Below, piece by piece: positions 1-11,720 of a stretch of 64,000 bases of DNA. Numbering within the stretch: position 1 is the stretch's first letter; each line of letters begins with the position of its first letter. The notes under the pieces are model-generated. The model saw only the letters and a program-made list of their open reading frames with translations, ran no database searches and had not been told where the DNA came from. The stretch lies in NCBI GenBank assembly GCA_964016885.1, contig OZ024750.1:53196001-53260000 (forward strand). The letters run 5' to 3'. A program made the translations under genes and the position numbers. The DNA comes from Eledone cirrhosa (lineage: Eukaryota).

Positions 1-58
1 GGATTGAAAGCAGCCGATATTGTTCCAATTCTCAGAGAAAGAGTGGCATATCTTTCAG
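1..58 (+). CDS. trio: Trio/Kalirin-family RhoGEF, Sec14 (CRAL-TRIO) domain exon (begins upstream of window)
   Basis: Reads GLKAADIVPILRERVAYLS-G, matching the Trio/Kalirin N-terminus as I recall it (MKAMDVLPILKEKVAYLSGG). Donor CAG|GTAAGA at 58/59, phase 1. Confidence 0.9.
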
Positions 59-856
59 GTAAGAGTTATCTTCTCATATCTAAACAGCTTGAATGCAGCA
101 TAGTTCAATGGTTAAGAAGTTCCAGGTTTGATCACACTGCTGATATCCTGGGCAAGGTTGACCCAAGCCTTGTCATGGAAACTGTTTATAAGCCTGCCTG
201 CTGTACTGTAACCTTGTCAGACAATGCCGCTGTGTATCTTGTTGAAAATTACATGAGGAGTCTGTCGAATGCTCAATCACTTACACAGCAATTCAGTAGC
301 AGGTTGATCCATTGATTGAACAAGTTGAGCACTAGATAAAACTGACAGGAGTCTATTTCATCTTAATTTTAAACATTCCTCATTTTCTTTGAGAAACCAT
401 ATTTCTACTGAAAGACACTGCCAATGTGTTTCAGTTTATTTTTAAAAATAATCAAAAATGTAGGAGAAATTAGTAAAATAACTTTTTCATTAGTAAGCTG
501 ATGTTTGAAGCTTTACTTTTAAAATAAATTCTTTAATAAAATTATGATGGAAGTATTATTAAGTATGAACATTTTAAAATGTACAGTATTGTATCACAAA
601 AACTATGCAGTTTTGGGCAGGTTGGTATCTAAAGAGTTAAGTTATATTTCAAACATTATAAAATGGAAAAAAATTATTTTATAAAAACCCACACAAGTCT
701 TAAGCATTAATTAAAAACATAGGGAGTGTATTTCATTAGAAATATGGTCTCAAAAGGGTTAAATGGAAAAAAAACAACATTTATATCTTTGAACCCTTCA
801 CCTTGACCACGTGAGTGGTCATCACAAACATCTCTGATAAAATTATTACCCAGTTA

Positions 857-983
857 CCGTATTTCCCGGCGTCGAAGACGCGACTTTTTCTCCTAAAATA
901 GTCTAAAAAATCTACTATGCGTCCTGGTTGTCAAAATTAGGGTGTCCTCAAGGACGAAGTATCTTCGGTGCTGGGAAATGCGG
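857..983. mobile_element. Tc1/mariner/pogo-type MITE
   Basis: Imperfect TIRs CCGTATTTCCCGGCGTCGAAGA / TCTTCGGTGCTGGGAAATGCGG, flanked by TA on both sides (855-856, 984-985). Confidence 0.75.
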
Positions 984-1996
984 TAGCCTATTCATTATAT
1001 TTCTATATTATTCTATCCATATATCTGAGGTGGAGGGGCATATTAATCTAACAGAGGAGTTTTCATTAAAGTTACATTTGTGATCCTTAAGAGAACTCCT
1101 CTCTTACATTAACAAATCCTCTAACCACCCTAACTCTACCCGTAACTCTATAGTTAGAAACATCTCACACAGAATGTCGAGGCTATCGGCCAATGAGGAC
1201 CTTTTCGACCAAACCGCTGATTACTACAACAAAGCACTGGCCAAATCGGGATATAACAATAGGATTTCCTACATCCAGGACACTAGTTCTATTAAGTCCC
1301 CCTCCCGTAGGACTGGTATAATGGCGAGGCGCACCAATAATCACTGCGGCCGTGTGCTTGATAATAAGAAATACGGGGGTGGAAGCAACATTGTGACTGG
1401 CCCACTACAATATCACTACAGTAATAATAATCGGCCAGGTAGATCTCGGAAGCGGTGCCAATCTAATTCAGACGATGTAACTAGAAATAACTTAATAGAA
1501 AAATTCCTCGCATACAGGCACAACAATGGAGACAGCATTTTACCTACACCTACCAACAAACATAGAGTAACTCAGGTCGGCCCCTCTGGGGGAAGGTTAA
1601 TACATGGGATGAATGGAAACAATGTACGCAGTAGACAACAGTTCAACTGCCGCAGTAGAAACACCCACCATGGCAGGAACGACAGGCCCAATGACAACAC
1701 GGAAACGCCTCTCTAATATCCTATGGTTCCTTCTCCCCTACTCTAGGAGTATCGCTTCAAACATAACTACAATCTTCTTTGACGCCTTAGAGAAAAACTT
1801 ACCACCTAACCATTGAACCATAAGATCCTAAACAAGAATAACATCAAAATCTCGTACTCCACTACACCTTACTTAGCTGATCAGCACTTATAAACCAGAG
1901 GAAGCTCACTAGAATCAAATCATCCTGTAATGCCAACATTGGAATGCCTGACAACCTTAATTATTATAACAATACCAATAGCAATAATAGTAACCA

Positions 1997-2490
1997 GGAT
2001 AATAATTGTTTCTACTTTTGGCACAAGGCCAGCAAATACCCAGTACATTACTGGACCTTGTCTAAAATCTATGGCAAACTCCCTCGAGCCTCTGCCCTTC
2101 TAAAATCCCGGAGAGCTCAATTTGCTGGCCACTGTCACCGTGCCAGCAATGAAATCATATCCGCTCTCTTGCTCTGGAACCCTGACTCCAGCCCGACTAG
2201 GAGTAGGAAGCTGTCATTCCCTGACGTTATCTCTAGGGATACGGGAATCAGTAGACGGGACCTGGGGGCAGCGATGGGGGACGGGGAATTCTGGGGCATG
2301 AGAGTGAGATTCATCATCTCGACAGTAGTTGACGAATGATGATGATGACTTTATTTTATCGACCCCGTAAGGATGAAAGGCAAAGTTAACCTCGGCGGGA
2401 TTTGAACTCAGAATGTAAAGGAACGTAACTATGCTAGAAAGCACGTCTGACCCTCTACCGATACTGGCAATTCACCGCCCAGGATAATAA
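1997..2490 (-). mobile_element. tRNA-derived SINE interrupted by a LINE fragment
   Basis: Halves at about 2005-2055 and 2349-2480 join to match the uninterrupted copy at about 49895-50087. AGGATAATAA is repeated on both sides (target-site duplication). Confidence 0.8.
2056..2348 (+). mobile_element. 3' end of an RTE-like LINE with (GAT)n tail
   Basis: Peptide RRAQFAGHCHRASNEIIS.LLLW.P...SFPDVISRDTG...AM.D...W ends at a stop followed by TGATGATGATGA. Resembles the C-terminus at 30460-30794. Confidence 0.7.
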
Positions 2491-3763
2491 GGATAGTAAT
2501 AACAATAACATCAACAATATTAACATTATAGAGACTAGCTGCAGCATTAATAGTAGAACTAATAACCAGGATAGGAACCATAGCAGCGATAATAACAACA
2601 GTAGAGGGAATCATAATAGGAACAGCGAGAACAGCCTTGTGTCACAAAACTATATCTGAAATAATATAAACAGTGGTAATAATGATAGTGGTGATAGTGG
2701 TAATGATAGTAACAATAATAGTAATGATAACAGCAGCCCTTACCACAATAGAAATAACAACAACTGTCCACTCCAGGGCCACTGCCTGATTAGAAATGTA
2801 ATCTACAAATGCACAGGGACGACCAGCAATTGCACTAGGTCTTACATCGGCGTCACTTCTAATAAGTTCAAGACGAGATTTAGATCGCATCTCCACTCTT
2901 TTAGGAATACGAAACTCAGGTTCTCTACCTCCCTTGCTAATTATATCATACTATTAATAGAATCTAACATTAGCTACACAACCCAGTGGAGTGTAGTAGA
3001 TCAAGCAACGCCTTACAACTTTAGGAAGAATTGTCAGCTGTGCCTAATGGAAACTTATTATATAGTAAGCTCACCCATCACATTTATTAATAGTAGAGCT
3101 GAGACAGTAATAAATTGCAACCAGACTACAACACTCATTCTATAACTGATCTCTAGACCAGGGATAACCTATCCCCACAGCTGTCTACATTACACCACCA
3201 TTAAGTTCACCATATAGTTCAGCTTAAGTACAGTATTTAATGATGCTCTTAACCAGCCACCTAACTTTTGCCTAAGCACTGTCCATCACCTACTGAATTA
3301 GACTCACTCTGCTAAATCATCCCTTGGGGATTATGCTCCTTTCACAGTCGCCATTAATATTTTGGTCTACGATGCATGGAGACGTATATCTACTGAATAG
3401 TTTCAACCAGATCTGATGGTATATTTATTGATGACATTGTATTAACAAACATTTCTCTGAAGAACCCGCATGATTCTTTAATGAGGGTGAAACATTATGT
3501 AAGATTTGTATAAAGAACTTGTTATAACGGCTAGTAACTCCCTCATTCACTTGCTTATACTTGCTCTGCTTGAACACTCTACTAAATATTAAATCCTCTC
3601 TAATATATAACTCTGCTAACCCAAGCATTGAGCACATTTCACTTTGGTTATTGGCATTTAGTAATCTGTATTGCACCTCTCTATATCTCTCTATCTTTCT
3701 ATCTTTCTCCTCCTCTCCTATGATACATACATACATATATGTATATATATATATATTATATGT

Positions 3764-3813
3764 CCATTACGAGCTGAGGATCCGCTAAGGTGAAACAATT
3801 ATTCTCGGTATGG
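3764..3813 (+). ncRNA. Degenerate minimal type I hammerhead ribozyme motif
   Basis: Stem I CCATTACGAG/CTCGGTATGG; core CTGAGGA; stem II t-CC-gctaa-GG-t; GAAA; minimal stem III C-AATT-A (a G is expected at the last position), then TT. Confidence 0.6.
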
Positions 3814-3845
3814 TGAACTAACTGTTGTGTAACCACTTCTCCTAA

Positions 3846-3892
3846 CTTAATGATCCCGTTAAGGGTGAAAGCAGCAATTCTTTGCTTAAACT
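3846..3892 (+). ncRNA. Second, more decayed hammerhead-like motif
   Basis: TTAATGA (decayed CTGANGA), t-CCC-gttaa-GGG-t, GAA, AGCA...TGCT stem III. A homologous fragment lies on the minus strand at about 27603-27664 (GAAGA-t-CCC-attaa-GGG-t-GAA). No convincing stem I. Confidence 0.4.
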
Positions 3893-4004
3893 TTAATCTG
3901 TTATTTTAATAAATATTTGCTCTACGGTTCTTATATATTTGATATATATTTATCGTTATCGAGCCCTCTATGGATTTTAGTCTTCAAATTTATTATTGGG
4001 ATTT

Positions 4005-4135
4005 GCCATTCTGAGTTCAAATCCCGCCAGGGTTAACTTTGCCTTTCATCCTTATGGGGTCGATAAAATAAAGTACCAGTAATACACTGGGTAATTACTA
4101 GCCTTGTGCCAAAAGTAGAAACAATTATTATTACT
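4005..4135 (+). mobile_element. SINE, 5'-truncated copy (same family as 1997-2490)
   Basis: CTGAGTTCAAATCCCGCC (B-box-like) + TTTGCCTTTCATCCT..GGGGTCGATAAAATAAAGTACCAGT core + GCCTTGTGCCAAAAGTAGAAACAATTATTA tail. The core resembles the Meta/Sauria SINE domain as I recall it. Confidence 0.8.
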
Positions 4136-4202
4136 ATATATATATATATATATGTATGTATATGTATGTATGTATGTATATATATATATGTATGTATGTA
4201 TG

Positions 4203-4233
<31 letters not shown>

Positions 4234-4805
4234 GCATGTCGTTGGCGACTAAACTGGCAACCCCACCAAGGTTTCTTGGTGAGGAGGGTGACTTTGGGCA
4301 TCCTGCAGGATTAAAAACAAAACCTGTCAAAGGGCAAAGGAGCTCTTAAGAGTCAATGGCCATCCAAAATCACCGGGAGAGATGACCCCTTAGCCTTTGT
4401 CAAGGCATAATTCTAGAAAGAAAACTCTGATATAACACCTGCAGCCCTGATGGTATCCAATGATGTTGACTTGTTCTTCTTTTTGGTAAATATCATCTTG
4501 GTTAAGAGAGTGGGACTGGCTTTGTGCAGTGCCTTTGCTCACTATAAAAGCTTCACGCCACAGGCATTGCTTTATATCTGGAGATCTCTCTGCACTTGTC
4601 GTCACATGGTACCATGGGCCCAGCACTATGTGTCAATAATTGTCACAAGTGTAGTGTTTGTACCAGACTTTTCAAGTCGCTGGCTGGACTAAAAATTCAC
4701 ACTCGTTCAGCGCATCGGTAGGGGTTCTCCTACATGGATATAAAGTAGTGGCCGTACTCGAAAACGAGTTGGCAGCCACCATATATATATGTATGTATAT
4801 ATATG

Positions 4806-4843
<38 letters not shown>

Positions 4844-5245
4844 TATGTATGTATATATAAGTATATATATGTATGTATATATAAGTATATATATATATGT
4901 ATGTATATATAAGTATATATATATGTATATATAAGTATATATATATGTATATATATGTATGTATATATAAGTATATATATATGTATGTATATATAAGTAT
5001 ATATATATGTATGTATATATAAGTATATATATATATATGTATATATAAGTATATATGTATATATAAGTATATATGTATATATAAGTATATATGTATATAT
5101 AAGTATATATGTATATATAAGTATATATATATATATGTATATATAAGTATATATGTATATATAAGTATATATATATATATGTATATATAAGTATATATGT
5201 ATATATAAGTATATATGTATATATAAGTATATATGTATATATAAG

Positions 5246-5300
<55 letters not shown>

Positions 5301-5339
5301 GTATATGTATATGTATATGTATATATGTATATGTATATG

Positions 5340-5372
<33 letters not shown>

Positions 5373-5403
5373 GTATATATATATGTATATGTATATGTAT
5401 ATG

Positions 5404-5436
<33 letters not shown>

Positions 5437-5525
5437 GTATATATATGTATGTATATATATATATGTATATATGTGTATATATATATATGTATATATATAT
5501 GTATATATATATATATATGTATATA

Positions 5526-5775
5526 TCATCATCATCATCATCAGGTTTAGCGTCCGTGTTCCACGCTTGCATGGGTTTGGACGGGGGTTTTCCCACTTGA
5601 GGCAAGAGTGGTTGTCTTGCTCGCAGAGGACTGTCTGGCAGGTTTTCTACAGTTGGATGCCCTTCCTAACACCAACCACATTTACAGTGTGGGGCTGGGA
5701 GGTTTTTACCGTGTTGCCTACACGGCCACATTTACAGCGTGGACTGTGTTTTTTTTGTCGTGACACCTACACGAT
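5526..5775 (-). mobile_element. RTE LINE 3' UTR-only insertion with (GAT)n tail
   Basis: Near-identical to 11721-11975, which is contiguous with the RTE ORF. (CAT)n at the left end. Confidence 0.9.
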
Positions 5776-5782
5776 ATATATG

Positions 5783-5819
<37 letters not shown>

Positions 5820-5847
5820 GTATATGTATATGTATATATATATGTAT

Positions 5848-5897
<50 letters not shown>

Positions 5898-5926
5898 GTA
5901 TATATATGTATATATGTATATATATG

Positions 5927-5977
<51 letters not shown>

Positions 5978-6002
5978 GTATATATATATGTATATATATA
6001 TG

Positions 6003-6047
<45 letters not shown>

Positions 6048-6070
6048 GTGTATATGTATATATATATATG

Positions 6071-6103
<33 letters not shown>

Positions 6104-6128
6104 GTATATATATATGTATATATATATG

Positions 6129-6247
<119 letters not shown>

Positions 6248-6260
6248 GTATATATATATG

Positions 6261-6309
<49 letters not shown>

Positions 6310-6350
6310 GTATATATATATGTATATATATATATATGTATATATATATG

Positions 6351-6403
<53 letters not shown>

Positions 6404-6919
6404 ATATATATGTATATATATATGTATATATATATGTATATATATGTATATATATATGTATATATATTGTATATATATATGTATATATATATGTATATAT
6501 ATATGTATATATATATGTATATATATATGTATATATATATATGTATATATATGTATATATATGTATATATATGTATATATATGTATATATATGTATATAT
6601 ATGTATATATATGTATATATATGTATATGTATATATATGTATATGTATATATATGTATATGTATGTATGTATATGTATGTATGTATATGTATGTATATGT
6701 ATATATATGTATATATATGTATATGTATGTATATGTATATATATGTATATATATATATATATGTATATATATGTATATATATGTATATATATGTATATAT
6801 ATGTGTATATATATGTATATATATGTATATATATGTGTATATATATGTATATATATGTATATATATGTATATATATATGTATATATATATGTATATATAT
6901 ATGTATATATATGTATATA

Positions 6920-6962
<43 letters not shown>

Positions 6963-7075
6963 ATATATATGTATATATATATGTATATATATATGTATAT
7001 ATATATGTATATATATATGTATATATATATGTATATATATGTATATATATATGTATATATATATGTATATATATG

Positions 7076-7138
<63 letters not shown>

Positions 7139-7170
7139 GTATATAATATATATGTATATATATATATATG

Positions 7171-7219
<49 letters not shown>

Positions 7220-7230
7220 GTATATATATG

Positions 7231-7397
<167 letters not shown>

Positions 7398-7408
7398 GTA
7401 TATATATG

Positions 7409-7479
<71 letters not shown>

Positions 7480-8061
7480 GTATATATATATATATATGTA
7501 TATATATGTATATATGTATATATATGTATATATGTATATATATGTATATATGTATATATATGTATATATGTATATATATGTACATATGTATATATATGTA
7601 TATATATATATATGTATATATATGTATATATATATAATATGTATATATATGTATATATATATATATATGTATATATATGTGTATATGTATATATATGTAT
7701 ATATATGGTGTATATGTATATATATGTATATATATGTGTATATGTATATATATGTATATATATGTATATATGTATATATATGTATATATATGTATATATG
7801 TATATATATGTGTATATATGTGTATATGTATATATATGTATATAATGTATATATGTATATATATGTATATATATGTGTTATATGTATATATATGTGTATA
7901 TATGTATATATGTATATATATGTATATATATGTGTATATATGTATATATATGTATGTATATGTATATATGTATATATGTATATATATTTATATATTATTA
8001 TATGTATATATATATATATGTATATGTATATATGTATATATATATGTATATATATATATGT

Positions 8062-8093
<32 letters not shown>

Positions 8094-8119
8094 GTATATA
8101 TGTATATGTATATATGTAG

Positions 8120-8151
<32 letters not shown>

Positions 8152-8199
8152 GTAGATATATATATATATGTAGATATATATATATATATGTATATATAG

Positions 8200-8245
<46 letters not shown>

Positions 8246-8458
8246 GTATATGTATATATATATGTATAGTATATATATATATGTATATATAATATATGTA
8301 TATGTATATATATATGTATATATATATATATATGTAGATATATATATATATGTATATATATATATGTAGATATATATGTATATATATATATATGTATATA
8401 TATGTATATGTATATATATATATATGTATATGTATATATATGTATATGTATATATATG

Positions 8459-8491
<33 letters not shown>

Positions 8492-8534
8492 GTATATATA
8501 TATGTATATATATATATATATGTATATATATATG

Positions 8535-8585
<51 letters not shown>

Positions 8586-8589
8586 GTAT

Positions 8590-8669
<80 letters not shown>

Positions 8670-8684
8670 GTATATGTATATATG

Positions 8685-8763
<79 letters not shown>

Positions 8764-8814
8764 GTATATATATATATGTATATATATATGTATATATATA
8801 TGTATATATATATG

Positions 8815-8850
<36 letters not shown>

Positions 8851-9285
8851 TATATGTGTATATATATATATATGTATATATGTATATATATATGTATATA
8901 TATATATGTATGTATATATGTATATATATATATGTAGTATATATATATATGTATGTATATATGTATATATATATATGTATATGTATATATGTATATATAT
9001 ATGTATATGTATATAGATATATATATATGTATATATATATATGTATGTATATATGTATATATATATATGTATGTATATATGTATATATATATATGTATAT
9101 GTATGTATATATATATATGTATATATATATATGTGTATATGTATATATATGTGTATATGTATATATATGTATATATGTATATATGTATATGTATATATAT
9201 GTATATATGTATATATATATATGTGTATATGTATATATATGTATATATGTATATATATGTATATGTATATATATGTATATATATG

Positions 9286-9457
9286 TATTGTTATACTTTG
9301 GGAGGGTCATGTTGCCAATAAGAAACACACGCACCAGTTGCTTTCACTTCAATTTATTATATATTTATAAATTTATAAATATATAATAAATTGAAGTGAA
9401 AGCAACTGGTACGTGTGTTTCTTATTGGCAACATGACCCTCCCAATGTATAACAATA
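9286..9457. repeat. 172-bp spacerless near-perfect palindrome
   Basis: Arms 9286-9371 and 9372-9457 are reverse complements with 2 mismatches. Centre is AAA|TTT. Confidence 0.95.
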
Positions 9458-10059
9458 TCGGTTTCAACACACGATTTCAGATAAAGAATCTTGCTAAACA
9501 AATTCAGAAACGAAATATATATATGTATATATATGTATATATGTATATATATGTATATATGTATATGTATATATATACATATATGTATATATATGTATAT
9601 ATGTATATATATGTATATATGTATATATATGTATATGTATATATATGTATATATATGTATATATATGTATATGTATATATATGTATATATATGTATATAT
9701 ATACATATATGTATATGTATATATATGTATATGTATATATATGTATATGTATATATATGTATATATGTATATATATCTATATGTATATATGTATATATAT
9801 CTATATGTATATATATGTATATATATGTATATGTATATATATGTCTATGTATATATATGTATATATGTATATATATGTATATGTATATATATGTATAATA
9901 TATATATGTATATATATGTATATGTATATGTATGTATATGTATATATATGTATATGTGTATACATATACATATATATACATATATATATGTATATGTATA
10001 TATATGTATATATATGTATATATATGTATATATGTGAATATGTATATGTATATATGTGA

Positions 10060-10093
<34 letters not shown>

Positions 10094-10266
10094 ATATATA
10101 TGTATATGTATATATATATATGTATATATATGTATATATATGTATATATGTGTATATGTATATATGTGTATATGTATATGTATGTATATGTATATATGTG
10201 TATATGTATATGTATGTATATGTATATATATATATATGTGTATATATATATATATGTATACGTATG

Positions 10267-10301
<35 letters not shown>

Positions 10302-10367
10302 ATATATATATATATATATATGTATTATATATATATATATATATGTATATATATGTATATATGTATA

Positions 10368-10474
<107 letters not shown>

Positions 10475-10495
10475 GTATATATGTATATATATGTA

Positions 10496-10526
<31 letters not shown>

Positions 10527-10533
10527 ATATATG

Positions 10534-10564
<31 letters not shown>

Positions 10565-10619
10565 GTATATGTATGTATATGTATATATATATATATATAG
10601 ATGTATATGTATATAGATG

Positions 10620-10651
<32 letters not shown>

Positions 10652-10859
10652 GATGTATATGTATATATATGTATATATATGTATGTATATGTATATGTAT
10701 ATATATATATATATGTATATGTATATGTATATATATAGATGTATATGTATATATATGTATATATATGTATATGTATATATATGTATGTATATGTATATAT
10801 ATGTATATATATGTATATGTATATATATGTATGTATATGTATATATATGTATATATATG

Positions 10860-10902
<43 letters not shown>

Positions 10903-11017
10903 GTATATATATGTATATATATGTATATGTATATATATGTATATGTATATATATGTATATGTATATATATGTATGTATATGTATATATATGTATGTATAT
11001 GTATATGTATATATATG

Positions 11018-11050
<33 letters not shown>

Positions 11051-11646
11051 ATATATATATATGTATGTATATGTATATATATGTATGTATATGTATGTAT
11101 ATGTATATATATGTATATATATGTATGTATATGTATATATATATATATGTATATATATATGTATATATGTATATGTATATATATATGTATATTTATTAAA
11201 ATAGCTCTACGGGTCTTATATATTTGATATATATTTTCCTTATCGAGCCCCCTTTGGATTTTAGTCTTCAATTTTTTTATTATTACTATATATATGTATA
11301 TGTATATATATATGTATATATATATATGTATATATATATATGTATATGTATATGTGTATATATAAATGTATATGTATATATATATGTATATGTATATATA
11401 TATGTATATATGTATATGTATATCTATATATGTATGTATATGTATGTATATGTATATATATGTATATGTATATATATGTATATGTATGTATATGTATATA
11501 TATGTATATATATATATATTTATATATATGTATATGTATATATATATATATGTATATATATGTATATGTATATATATATATGTATATATATATATGTATA
11601 TATATATATGTATATATATGTATATATATATATATGTATATATATG

Positions 11647-11677
<31 letters not shown>

Positions 11678-11720
11678 GTATATATATATGTATATGTATA
11701 TATATGTATATATATATGTA

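Larger units (their letters stand above)
1090..3995 (+). mobile_element. 5'-truncated, degenerate Penelope-like element (RT C-terminus, Cys-rich linker, GIY-YIG endonuclease, 3' region with hammerhead motifs)
   Basis: SSNHP...RMSRLSANEDLF...YYNKALAKSGY, then NILWFLLPYSRSIASNI...KISYSTT. At 2762-3145 a frame lacking an upstream ATG reads NCPLQGHCLIRNVIYKC...SYIGVTSNKFKTRFRSH...STSLANY...CQLCLME (GIY-YIG). Same motif order as the elements at 53.5-56 kb and 60-62 kb. Confidence 0.85.

Noticed and set aside
59-315. Remainder of the 103-aa ORF 4..315
   Set aside because: Trio similarity stops at the GT donor at 59. The rest is intron read-through with SINE-like sequence.
395-762. Possible piggyBac-like MITE ends (AAAGAGTTAA at about 631-640, AAAGGGTTAA at about 753-762)
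   Set aside because: No matching left TIR could be identified, so it is not supportable from this window.
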